Shown here piece after piece: positions 1-12,111 of a DNA stretch of 64,000 nucleotides. The notes under the pieces were generated by a model that saw only the letters and a list, made by a program, of their open reading frames with translations, did not search any database and was not told the origin of the DNA. Every line of letters starts with the position of its first letter. The stretch's first letter is position 1. A program made the translations under genes and the position numbers. Origin of the DNA: Octopus vulgaris (Eukaryota); NCBI GenBank assembly GCA_951406725.2, contig OX597814.1, positions 99,572,001 through 99,636,000 of the forward strand, read 5' to 3'.

Positions 1-113
1 TCATTTCGTTTCTGTCGAATTTTATCCCTAATTTTGTGGTTATGGAACCTAGCTGTTCTTTCTAGCGTGTTGAATCCCACGAGTGGATTTCTCATGTGGT
101 CAAATGTACACTG

Positions 114-157
<44 letters not shown>

Positions 158-189
158 TGTGTATAAGAGTATGTGTACATGAGTATATG

Positions 190-248
<59 letters not shown>

Positions 249-372
249 TTAATAAGAGTGAGAGAATTAGATACTAATTTAATAGTATATCTATTCAACA
301 CCAAGTGGCCCAGTGCTCCGAGAAACCTGGATTATTATAATATTTTATAATATATTATAATATTTTTACAAA

Positions 373-769
373 AATAAATATAAGAGAGTGGTCACTATAT
401 GGCTCACTCTAGCACTAGTTAATCCAAAAGGTTTCAACCACAAAAATACATGTTTCCCATGAAAGTCAGTACGATTGTTAGCTCACACGAACAGGGCAAA
501 TAAAAAATAACAAAAATACAGATTATTTTGGGACAATTGTTTCGCTATTAATGAATTAAATGTAATTTTACTTACAAAAAAATCCACTTGTAGCTCCTCA
601 GCCAAAACTATCTGGATGAAATCCACTCAATCACACGCCAGATTTTACCATAACGATAAATACACGTGTGGTTCAATTGATTTGGGAAACATGTATTTTT
701 GTGGTTGAAACCTTTTGGATTAACTAGTGCTAGAGTGAGCCATATAGTGACCACTCTCTTATATTTATT
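373..769. repeat. 87-bp inverted repeat (373-459 / 683-769) enclosing a hammerhead motif; PLE pseudo-LTR or retrozyme-like remnant
   Basis: Arms are exact reverse complements (AATAAATATAAGAGAGTGG...CATGTTTCCCA); flanked by (TA)n. Confidence 0.8.
526..607 (-). ncRNA. Type I hammerhead ribozyme
   Basis: Minus strand TTTTGG-CTGAGGA-GCTA...TAGC-GAAAC-AATT-GTC-CCAAAA: core CUGANGA/GAAA, stems I and II paired, short palindromic stem III. Confidence 0.8.
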
Positions 770-1083
770 ATATATTATATATATATATATATGAAATACC
801 TAATGGTTTCACTTCGCTAGTCCCATAATTTAATAACATGTCTATTGTTTTGTATATCACCATTTATCGTATTTTGAATAGGTATGTATACATTAACATT
901 ATTGTTATTTATATTAATTTATGACAATAACTATTTTTATAACTACGTATTTTTATATTATGTATTAACTTTAATGGTGCACTATATTTTTCCGCTTTGA
1001 TTATTTAATGTTTTCCAGTTTGATTATCTAATGTTTCCATTGTGTTTTCATTATGATATATATAAATTTCCTTACTCGTTCTT

Positions 1084-1184
1084 CCCTGATGATATTCTAG
1101 CTTATAATAATTAGCCAAACGGATTTAAAGAAATTAAATTTGATTGACTTTATACTATAAGCAATGAACTGAAACAATTGTAGG
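1084..1184 (+). ncRNA. Candidate hammerhead ribozyme with weak stems
   Basis: CTGATGA (1086-1092) ... GAAACAATTGTA (1171-1182); GCTTATA/TATAAGC pairing in the extended stem II; stem I only 2 bp. Confidence 0.4.
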
Positions 1185-1362
1185 TCTTGCGAATGTACTG
1201 ATAAATAAATTTTGTATTCATATTATCTCCATCTTCTATCTTGTTTTTATATATATATATGTATGTGTGTGTATGTGTGTATGTTGTGTGTGCGTGTGTG
1301 TATTTATATATGTATATATATTTATATAAAGATATATATATATATATGAATATATATTATAT

Positions 1363-1425
<63 letters not shown>

Positions 1426-1780
1426 ATGTATCTTTATATTTATATGGGGAAGGTAGTTCTAGATAGAAGTCATGCTCAAATGCATATGCATCAAGGTATT
1501 CTTCAACCCTCTACGTTCTACCAGCCTACATACTGAAACCGACAGGGAAGCGAATGAATGTATGCGTGAATATGCCCTTACTTGGGATTTTAATATTTCA
1601 AACATATCTGGTGTGAGAGCTTTCCTATAATTGCGGGGATAATCTCAAATTAACAATTTTCGCTTAACTATTCTATATATGACACCCTATCTTATTTTTT
1701 ATCTCGTACTCTGAACGCTATCTGCAGATATTTTCCCTGGCCCATGTGTTTTATATTCCTTATTACCTCACTACATTCTC

Positions 1781-1855
<75 letters not shown>

Positions 1856-2054
1856 CATAGAGAGAGAGAGAGAGTGAGAGGGATAGCGCACAGGGCATAT
1901 GAATTTAACATTTAATTAATTCACTGCGTATTCATTGAAACAGCTGTAAAGGATGAATTTTCGATTTGTTGTTAATAATAAACAATTAACTTCCCAATTT
2001 CCATTTTCTTCTTTTATATGAATATATAATATATGGTTATATAAATATAACGGA

Positions 2055-2334
2055 CTCTCCCGTCGCTAGACAGCATATGAGGGATCGACAATATCTTACC
2101 ACACAGAGGATTTGCTTACAGTGATCAAATGTTCATGTAGACATAAGCTCACTCCCTCCATCCAATCACCATTTCCTGTACAGGTACAACTGCGTGCCAC
2201 ATGACAGATGTCGAAATGATCGCAGAGCAACTTGAAATGAAGTGCTTTGCTCAAGTACACAACGCCCGGTCTGGGAATCGAACCCACGATCTCGCAATTG
2301 TGAGTGCAACATCCAAACTACTAAGCCATGCACC

Positions 2335-2340
<6 letters not shown>
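2055..2340 (-). mobile_element. tRNA-derived SINE (family 2)
   Basis: Minus strand head GTGAAGGTGCATGGCTTAGTAG...GGTTCGATTCCC (A and B boxes); related copies at ~11400-11650 and 55918-56214. Confidence 0.7.
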
Positions 2341-2414
<74 letters not shown>

Positions 2415-2769
2415 AGTGCATTTATATAAATATACATATATATATATAAATAGATAGATAGGTAAATAGTCAGATAGATAGATAGGGGTTGGTAGGTAGG
2501 TAGGTAGGTAAGTAGGTAGGTAGAATGAACAATGAAAAGGAGAGTCCACAGTGGGGCGCAGTTTAACAAGTACAGTAATAGCTTAACGCTTTGAAGGATA
2601 GACAGTGTCATAACGTTTCACTAAAAGATAAAGAAAAGCGTAGGAGTAGTGAGAAAAAAGGACTGTTCCATAAGAAGGGGAGAAAAAGCAGATTAAAAGA
2701 GATGGAAAGGTGGAAACCAGCTGAGATATTTCGATTAAGAAAAGGAGTTATCCCTAGAAAGTATGAAAG

Positions 2770-2970
2770 ATGACTATCATTTCCTTCAAACTTTGCTTTT
2801 GTTACATTTATTCAAACCCCAAAGAATTCCTCTCAACAGATGGCTATGTTGCTCCCCAACAAATTCTGCTCAGGATCAGCCACTAAGGGACATGCTCAAG
2901 TGGTTATGGTCAAGTAATTGACACGTACATTTATGCTATTGAGTAGAATATTTGCCATAACGATATTTCT
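2770..2970. repeat. Interspersed repeat fragment, unclassified
   Basis: Reverse-complement similarity to ~52860-53030 (AAAGAATTCCTC.CAACA.ATGGCTATG). Confidence 0.55.
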
Positions 2971-5900
2971 ACTTCAGCAATAAAGTGTTAAATCTGTCTG
3001 GAGTGTAATGGAAAATAGGCCAGATCATAAAAGCAAAGTTTGAAGGGAATAGCTGACATTTGCTTTGATTTCTAGGTGGAATCCAATAGAAGATTGTAAT
3101 TACTGAACAAAGACAAAAAATAAATAATGAAAAAGAAAGAAAACAGAACATTTTGTTAGATAGCGTAATTAGAAGAGCACTTAGTTATGTTAGTAAATGT
3201 TTAAGTAACAATCTGAAAAGCCTCTGAAAAGCTAACACATGCAAGTCTTTTCAAATGTTCAAATTGAAAACTTAACATTCTTGTTGCTTCAACGACAGAC
3301 ATTTTGTTACTTTCTTAGAAACTGGTTCCTGTTTTTCTTAGAAGAGCTTAAATAATTCAAAACGATAATACTATGTATTTATACAAACATACATGTTGAA
3401 CATATATTTAAATGCGTAAATCATTTTGGGAACTATACAAAATTTGTCTTTACTAACTTACAAAAAGCATGTACTAATTTTCGGCAGAATGTTGCGACCA
3501 CGCCACTAAAATATATCTATTGTGTAAGCTTTGTTGACATGCCTTAATTAAATTCTGCTTGTTTATTTAACGATATATTGGTTTGCTTTATTCCTAGCCT
3601 TTAACATGTGGACAAATGAATTTATTGTTGTTTAGTTTTTCGTCATCTCTCCTCTAACAGACATTTGATCAAAAGCATTCTAACTATGACCGTCGCTGTT
3701 TTAGTGGTAGCAAGGATTACATTATCCAATGTATTCCACCCTGTTGAAGATGGTGGTTTTGTTTTGTTGTCTCCAGCTGGTCGAGTATCCATGAAGTAGC
3801 TTTGTTTCTAGCTATACAGTATACACGGTATAAATTACAGAAGTCTGTCCGTCTAAATATTTTGTGGAAAACATTAGACTACATCTGTTAGTGAAGCTCC
3901 AGTTTGGAAGTTCAGTAGTACATGGATTATGGCATTATTATTTAGTTACTTTTATTTCCTGACCACTCTGGTTCATAGTAGCCGTGAATGTCAGGAGCTC
4001 CTGGCGAGTAGCAGAAGAGAAACATGTAAATAAGGCATACGGGACTCGAAGGCGGATTGATCCTGAGAAATGCATCACATATGACCACCAGTTTATTGAC
4101 ATGCTCTAATGAGATAGAACGTTCCCTGACTCTTAAGTGTAGTAAGCTTGAGAGTCTAGCAGAGTATATTCTAAATAAACTGGCAGAAGGTGCAGGGATC
4201 TACTGCTTTTTCTTTCTCATGAAAAATCATAAATCTTCAGATTTTGGTATGAAAATCCATGATTATCGAGACCTGTAGTCATAGCACATGTAGAGAGTGG
4301 ATGAGTGAATAAGTGAGTGAGTGAGGGAGTGAGTGAGCGAGAGAGAGAAACAGATAGACAGAGAGGGAGACCTCAATATTTTTCTTAGCTGTCTGTATAA
4401 CATCCACTAGCAAATCTATTGGTTATCTAAACAGCAAGTATTTGCTCCTTCAACATCTATGCCATTGAATCAGCTCTAATTCAGCAAACTATTTCATTCG
4501 CCACCTTATTAGTTGCTCTTTCAATCCACCTATCAGTTATATATCTATTTACTTGATAGAAACCAAGCTAACGAAGGAATCCAGGCACAAATGCAATCAA
4601 CCACCAAACCATACATCTGCCATCCAGCAAATTATCTTGCTGGCAGCTAACCACAATGCCAAACAGCTATCTCCCTGAACATCCCATGACCTTCCCTCCC
4701 CCCATCTATCCGTCCATCCAACCATTCATTCATCCATTCATCCATTCATCTCTCCTTCCATGCTTCTTTCTATCCATCCATTCACCTGTCCTTCAATCCG
4801 TTGCTCCAAATGAGAAACCAGTGAGAGAACAAGACAGACAACCAGCCAGCCAGCCGGACAACCAACCAGCCAGCCAGCCCGGGCAACTAACCAGCCAGTC
4901 TTCAACCAACCAATTTTCTTGCTAGCAGTCAGCCTTAACTACCTTGATATTAATTAACTTTTTTGACCTCTTTCGATGATATTGACTGTCATACATTTAC
5001 GTCACGCACGCACACACACACACATACACCTACAAATATACAGACACACAAATATTCACGCACACAGAAGCAGACATAAACGCGCACACACACACACGCT
5101 CTCTCTCTCTCTGTCTCTTCTCTCGTCCTCACTCTCTCTCTCTCTCTCTTTCATACGGAGGACTGCTACTAAGAGCTGTTGAGTTGTTTCCAGTTGAACG
5201 AGTGCCACTCGCACCTAAGGAGCACATTAGATATTTAGGATTCAAACTCACCAGATTAGTAAGTCCAGAGCAAGAATGTTCTAAACGTCTTATATTCATT
5301 CTATCACTACAGATATCGTCTTTCCTTCTGTCCTTTTTCATTTTAATTACAGATTCTATCATCTTAGGTCAATGGTTTCCAAAGACAGCGCCTGGACACG
5401 GACAGTTTTAGAAGAGCTTTATTTCTAATGTGACAGCGAAATAACATCAAGTTAAATGTTTGGAGCCTTCCAGTAAAAAAAAAGAAAAAGAAATATAAAG
5501 TAAATAAAAATAACAAAATATCAAGAACACACACACAAACACACACACGCGCGCGCGCGCACACACACACACACATATATTGAAAGGCTAAATAGTGGTT
5601 GACGAAATGATGTGATGCTCGAGGGAACTGGCTGCTATATATCAATGAGACAGAGACTTACTGACAATGCGAGAATATTTTATGTCTTCGTAGATTGGGG
5701 ATTTTGCGAAAATTGGATTATTGTTGTGATAACTTGGAAGAAAATGAAGAAAAAAGGTAGCGTTTGTTTACATTGCAGTTAACGACATTACTTGATATCT
5801 AAAGCAATAAACAAGAAATTGTAATGGAAATAGACAGAGGGTGGGTGGTTGATATATGGAAATATGAAGTGGGAAATGTGAAAATATTATAGAAAAATGG

Positions 5901-6629
5901 AAAGAACTGACGCGAGAATAAAAACCAATAAGGAAAATATTATGAAGAGAGAAAATGGTGAAATAGGTGGGGGGAAAGAAATTCAATGATAGAATAACAA
6001 AGAAATTGCGGAAGAAAAATAAAAATTAAATAAGTAAAAAGTAATGAGAATAAGACGAAGAGAAAACAGGAGAGAGAAAAAAAACGTACCTATAAAGAAA
6101 TATCTATTAGAATTAAATGTAGAGTAGGTGAATATATGAAATTTACGAAAGTTATAATCAAAAAAGATATGTAGTCGAATTGAAGAAGAGCTGAAGTTTA
6201 AGTCACAAGTGTGAGAAATGAAAAAAAAAAAAAAAAAGAGCACGAGAGAGAGTGGGATACTTAAAAGAGATGAAGAATTAATATTTTTGAACAATAGAGA
6301 GCGAGTGAGTGAGTTTAAGCGAGAGAAATTTAAGAGGTAGAAAAGACATATAAAAACCGAAGAGGGAAAAATAATCGAAAAGAAATTGAAAGTAGTCTAT
6401 TAATGGTGTTATCACTACAAAAAAAAAAATTAATATATAACTTCACTCTTATATACTATCTTTCATTCCTATCTGTCCGTCTATCACTATGTATGTATAT
6501 ATGTTTGTATGTATGTATGTATGTATGTATGTATGTATGTATGTATGTATGTATGTATGTATGTATGTATGTATGTATGCATGTATTTATGTATACATAC
6601 TGTATATACAATACATACATATTTGTATG

Positions 6630-6673
<44 letters not shown>

Positions 6674-6824
6674 GGGTGAAGAGACACCAATAAAAGCTAA
6701 GAATAGATAAGCAACGCATTAGCGCTCGAAGCGGCCTTAACTCTTAAATTCCAACGTCCTAATCACGAGAAAGATATGCCAGCGGAAGAAGAGTTGGCTA
6801 TAAGGAACGCATAGATCGATTGAT

Positions 6825-7020
6825 TAATAATGGTTTCAAATTTTAGCAAATGGCCAGCAATTTTAGCGGAGGGGTAAGTCGATAAAACCACCCCTAGTGT
6901 TAAACTGGTGCTATTTTTTCTCTCGACCCTAGCGCTAAACTGGGACTGTTTTTATCTATCGACCCCGAAATGGTGAAAGCCGGACGAAATGCTGCTAAGC
7001 ATTCTGCCAGCTCGTCGTGT
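6825..7020 (-). mobile_element. SINE (family 3), degenerate
   Basis: Carries the reverse complement of the TTTCGGGGTCGAT...GCTTAG..GCATTTCGTCC domain seen at 25065-25245. Confidence 0.55.
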
Positions 7021-7045
7021 TTAGTCGATCATCGATTGATCAATA

Positions 7046-8150
7046 ATACTGAGATAAATGCCACAGTGGTGATGAACATGGCTGACTACTCTGAAAAATT
7101 GGCTAGTCTTATAAGTGATGGTAGCTACAGCAAAGAAAAGAAAGATCCAACTCTGAAAATAGAGAGGAAGTTGTCACAGATCTTGATCAAGAACCAGGAT
7201 CACTACACCAATAAAGTACAGACAACTGACTCAACACTACAGTAAACTACCACACAACTACGGTCTCCTTAAGATTCACAAGGATGGTATTCCATTAACA
7301 CCTATAGTGAGCTGTTGAGGTTCAGCATGTCATCCACTAAGCCGCTTCCTTGTGGATATAATCAGCAGGAAAGTCAACATCGTACGTGAAGAATTCCACC
7401 TACTTCACAGAATTGATCAAGCATACTCCCATTGAATCCAACCAGATGGTAAATCTAGATGTGATAGGTTTGTTCACCAAAGTCCCAACTGGTGAAGCAC
7501 TATCGGTGATTCAAGAAAAACTAGTGACAGGCACCCATCTAAGAGAACGCACTAGTATATCAACAAGAAACTTGATGGAAATGTTGACCTGTGTAGAAAC
7601 TACCTACGTCAGTCCGGACACTGATATATGACGACAAAAAGAGGGTTTAGCTATGGGTTCGCCATTATCACCGATAATAGCCAATATATACATAGAATAC
7701 TTTGAGAATTTGGCTTTACGATCAACACCACTAAAACCAACCCTATGGCTGCGATGTGTTGATGACACCTTTATACTCTGGCCCCACCAGGAAGATTCCA
7801 AGTGCTGTTTGATCATGTGAACTCAATAAAGCCATCCAAACAGTTCACAATGGAAAAGGAAAAAGACAATCAGCTAGCATTCTTGAACGTATTAATAAAA
7901 CGCACCAAGTATGGATCCAGGACATCCGTGTACCGAAAGCCGACCTTCACTGGACGATACCTCAATTTCAATTCCCACCATCCAAACAGTGTAAAGAGAG
8001 GGACTGTTCAGTTCCTAAAACATCGTGCAAAGAATATAAGTCGCGATCGGATACACACCACGAAGAAATGATCAAGCTCAGTAACAATCTATTAAGCAAC
8101 AACTACTCCAAAAATATTCCAATTATGAAGAAAAGAGAGATTAAAACCAA
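7046..8150 (+). pseudogene. Penelope-like element reverse transcriptase, truncated and disrupted (Poseidon-type by motif recall)
   Basis: ATVVMNMADYSEKL, KIHKDGIPL.PIVS, LDVIGLFTKVP, GLAMGSPLSPIIANIY, RCVDDTF, VYRKPTFTGRYLNFNSHHP; stops and frameshifts present. Confidence 0.85.
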
Positions 8151-8553
8151 TAATAATAATAATAATAACAACAACATCGAATAATACCTTAGGAACAAGA
8201 TGAGGACAAATATCCTTCATATGTAAATAACGTACATAATTCCTCATATATATGACGTTTCGTGTTCGATGTAATTGGCTTATTGTCTTCCCTCAAAGCG
8301 GCTGTCTTTGTAAAGCTGAAAAAAATTCTAATGTTAGTTAACAAATCAGTACCGAATGTATGATTCAAATTTATCATAAAATTTAATTTAATTAGCTGAG
8401 ATTTTTACTAGAGGGACGAATCTGACGAGTGTTTCGTGTCAATCAACTTGTCAAACTACACACTTCCTCACTTTATCAACCTCCTGTCATCCTGTCTCTC
8501 TTTGTTCTCCTCCCTAATGAAGCTTCGGTATAAATCGATATAATAAACATTCC

Positions 8554-8831
8554 GTATGAGAATTTTCGACGAAATTTATCCAATCGGTCTTTTCTTGTCA
8601 CTGACATTTTATATACATTAATGTTAATTAAACACTCACCTACTCCGACACATATCCATAAACAAAACTTTCTACATGCAGTCTCTATACCTGGCAAATA
8701 ATATATCTATAATCATATAAATGTGGATTCCCTCACACACATACACACACACTCACACACGATATATGGTATGAGAATTTTCGACAAAATTGTCCAGTCG
8801 GGCTTTTCTTGCCACTGCAATTTTATATACA
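8554..8831 (+). repeat. ~63-bp diverged direct repeat (8554-8617 / 8769-8831)
   Basis: GTATGAGAATTTTCGAC...TTTTATATACA occurs twice downstream of the PLE RT. Confidence 0.7.
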
Positions 8832-9123
8832 GAAATTATGTGTGTTGGAAAATGGATTTACGTTAATTAAGCACCTGTGTGACTATCTATTTGTCTATCT
8901 ATCAATCAATGTGTCTTTCTGTCTGTCTGTCTATCTATCTGTCCACTCAAAAACAAACACATCCAAAAGATTGAATTAGAAAGAAATGCAATTTTTATTT
9001 GCATTACCATCTGACTCGTCTTCGCGCGTGTGGGTGTGTTAATATATGCGTGTGTATCCTGATATATTAATATATATATATATATACATATATATGCGTG
9101 TGTTTGTATGTGTATATGTACAT

Positions 9124-9167
<44 letters not shown>

Positions 9168-9215
9168 TATACACACAATATATCATTTGAATATACACAG
9201 AAAAATATGTATGTA

Positions 9216-10520
9216 CGAGGGACGTTCAATAAGTAATGCCTCTGACCCACTAGCAGTGATGAAAAGAATGCCATTCTGAACATTTTGGCCGCAACTGTAT
9301 ATATATTTATATCTCTATAGAGTAAGTGGCAAATTACAGCTCTGAATTAATTGTGGTTTCTGATTTACAGGTGTTTGAACCGAGTCAAGTGTGAAATGGA
9401 GACTGTTGAGTGTCGAGCAGTGATCCGGTTTTTGTATTTGAAAGGACGCACACCACGGGAGACTTTTGATGAAATGAAAGTAACTTATGGTGATGATGCC
9501 CCATCATATGACCTTGTAAAACGCTGGCATCGTGAATTCAAACATGGTCGGAACTCTGTGGAAACAGCTCCCAGATCTGGTCGCCCTCTTCTGCCATTGA
9601 TGAGGCATCTGTCCGTCAAGTTGAGGCTGCCATTTTGGAAGATCGACGCATAATTATTCGCCAAATAGCCCATGAGGTCAAGATTAGTACCGGGTCTGTG
9701 GAAACTATCATTCATGATCATTTGCATATGCAAAAGGTGTCTGCCAGATGGATTCCCAGGTTGGTCACGCCTTTCCAGAAGCAAGAACGCGTCGAGTGCT
9801 CGAGGGTGAATTTGGAGATGTGCCAAGAAGATGAGTCAAAATTTTTCAAAAGACTGATTACACAGGATGAAACCTGGGTCCATCACGATGATCCAGAGAC
9901 CAAAGCCCAGTCAATGCAGTGGAAGCACCGTGACTCACCCCCTCCAAAGAAGGCAAGGGTGCAGCCCTCCGCTGGCAAGGTCATGCTCACAGTCTTCTGG
10001 GACCAGGACGGAGTAGTGATGACAGATTTCCTGGCAAATGGTACCACAATTGCAAGAGCCTATTATGCTTCACTTTTGAGGAAATTAAGAGAAGTTATCA
10101 AAATCAAGAGGCGGGGTAAGATCAGCAAAGGCATCCTCCTCCTGCAGGACAACGCTCCGGTCCACAACTCGCTTGTCGCCAGATCAGAAGCACAGGCGTA
10201 TGGCTATGAACTCCTCCCCCATCACCCCTATTCTCCTGACCTTGCACCCTCTGATTTTCACCTCTTCCCAGCCATGAAGTTGTTTTTGAAAGGAAAACGT
10301 TTCCCAGATGATGCAGCATTGATTTCTGAAGTCACGTTGAGGTTGGGGGACCAAGCTGGGTTCTTCTACAAAAACGGTCTCCAGAGCCGCATCAAACGAT
10401 GGGAGAAATGCGTAACTCTGGGTGGTTCCTATGTAGAAAAAGACTACTAACTGTGCCAAGTTTCGTTGCTCTACAGCTATGGGAAGTGGGTCAGGGGCAT
10501 TACTTATTGAACGCCCCTCG
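9216..10520 (+). mobile_element. Full-length mariner (Tc1/mariner, DD34D) DNA transposon
   Basis: ~36-bp TIRs CGAGGG.CGTTCAATAAGTAATGCC.CTGACCCACT, TA target duplication at both ends, ~1.3 kb. Confidence 0.95.
9396..10450 (+). CDS. Mariner transposase with one frameshift near 9585
   Basis: N-terminal HTH region, WIPRL, TQDETW, QDNAPVH, YSPDLAPSDFHLF. Confidence 0.9.
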
Positions 10521-10660
10521 TATATATAAAAAAAGTTTTGCGTAATGAGATAAAAAACAAAGGCTGTGTAGATATTAGAACATTTATAGATAGAAGGTCT
10601 TACAGCTGTTTCCAGGATATTTATTAATTATATCCCTTCAACGGAGATGGTGTGAGTTTA
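10520..10660 (-). repeat. PLE-terminus-like repeat with a degenerate hammerhead
   Basis: Minus strand TCT-CCGTTGA-AGGGATAT...ATATCCT-GGAAAC-AGCT-GTA-AGA; similar to 40190-40300. Confidence 0.45.
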
Positions 10661-10684
10661 GTAATAGTTAGTTTGTATATGTAT

Positions 10685-10854
10685 GAGTGGCTGTGTGGTA
10701 GGTAGCTTGCTAACCAGCCACATGGTTCCGGGTTCAGTCCCACTGCGCGGCATCTTGGGCAAGTGTCTTCTGTTATAGCCCCGGGCCGATCAATGCCTTG
10801 TGAGTGGATTTGGTAGACAGAAACTGAAAGAAGCCTGTCGTATATATGTATATA

Positions 10855-10898
<44 letters not shown>

Positions 10899-11120
10899 CG
10901 TGTGTGTGTTTGTGTGTCTGTGTTTGTCCCCCTAGCATTGCTTGACAACTGCTGCTGGTGTGTTTATGTCCCCGTTACTTAGCGGTTCGGCAAAAGAGAC
11001 AGATAGAATAAGTACTGGGCTTACAAAAGAATAAGTCCCGGGGTCGAGTTGCTCGATTAAAGGCGGTGCTCCAGCATGGCCGCAGTCAAATGACTGCAAC
11101 AAGTAAAAGAGTAAAGAGTA
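10685..11120 (+). mobile_element. tRNA-derived SINE (family 1), target site unoccupied
   Basis: TGGCTGTGTGG A box, GGTTCAGTCCC B box, internal (TA/TG)n, tail GGTGCTCCAGCATGGCC...CAAGTAAAAGAG. Confidence 0.9.
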
Positions 11121-11399
11121 TAAGATTATGCGTAGATATGCATAAGCACAATATAAGTACAAATACAAACATTTATTTGTACGATATGTGTGTGAGTGTG
11201 TGAATAAAAGTATTCCAGCAATATAAAAGCAAATTAGTAAATTAAGGCAAAAAACATGTATGTTAGTGATGTAAAAGTACATATAGAAATTAAAATATAT
11301 ACCGAATAACATACACAAATACACAAATTATTTAATTTTTTTCTTTTATTTGAGAATGTAAACCATCAATTAATTTTAGTGTCTAGTGTCTGAGAGAGA

Positions 11400-11650
11400 C
11401 AGTTCTGCAGTTTCTTACTGAACAGCCTACACAGATGATTTGTATATAGTGATCAATTTTTGTGCTGTGCATTAATTAGCTCACTACCACAAACACACCA
11501 ATGCTGTCTGTACAGATGCATAGTGTACCACACGTCAGATGTCAAAATGATCGTAGAGCAACGTGAGATGGAATGTTTTGCTCAAAAACACAAAGCATAC
11601 AGCCTGGTCCGGTCAATCGAGAGTGCAACACTACAGCTACTACGCCAAGC
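11400..11650 (-). mobile_element. SINE (family 2), degenerate
   Basis: Similar to 2055-2340 (CAGATGTC.AAATGATCG.AGAGCAAC). Confidence 0.55.
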
Positions 11651-11718
11651 GACTTGTCAATGTAAATATCGATGAATGGCGTTAACTGTAGCTAGCACTC
11701 TGAAAATTATATATATGA

Positions 11719-11755
11719 GGCGTAGGAGTGGCTGTGTGGTAAGTAGCTTGCTAAC
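11719..11755 (+). mobile_element. 5' part of a family-1 SINE interrupted by the retroelement array
   Basis: GGCGTAGGAGTGGCTGTGTGGTAAGTAGCTTGCTAAC matches the head of the SINE whose 5' end is at 51128 (minus strand). Confidence 0.9.
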
Positions 11756-12111
11756 TACGGTTTGGACGCGTTTTCTTCCCGGTAAGAGTTTTGCTGTGTT
11801 ATTAATTGTTGAATTCCTACTACTGAAAATTTGCCTTTAAACGTTGCTGAACTGTCTTGTTCTCCGGTTTTACCGGGAAATAATTGAATAATTTCTTACC
11901 GTTGAACTGTTAGCCACTGTGGCTTTTTATTTACGTGACTATATATAGTCCTGCCAGACTATTTTCGTGCCCCTCCCCCGAATGGGGGTGGGAATTGGAA
12001 TTTTTGAACTGCTTTTTTGAACTACTTTGGAAGAAAAACTTTCTATAGGTTTCCCAGTTTTGTGGGAAACCAATATTCGTAATTTTTGTGTTGTCTAATT
12101 TCAACAGAATA

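Noticed and set aside
5157-5214. Possible 58-nt minus-strand exon (CTCCTTAG|...|GTATGA)
   Set aside because: Splice-like signals only; no recognisable protein and no linked exons
11719-11755. tRNA gene
   Set aside because: Only tRNA-derived A and B boxes, continuing into a SINE body; no full cloverleaf
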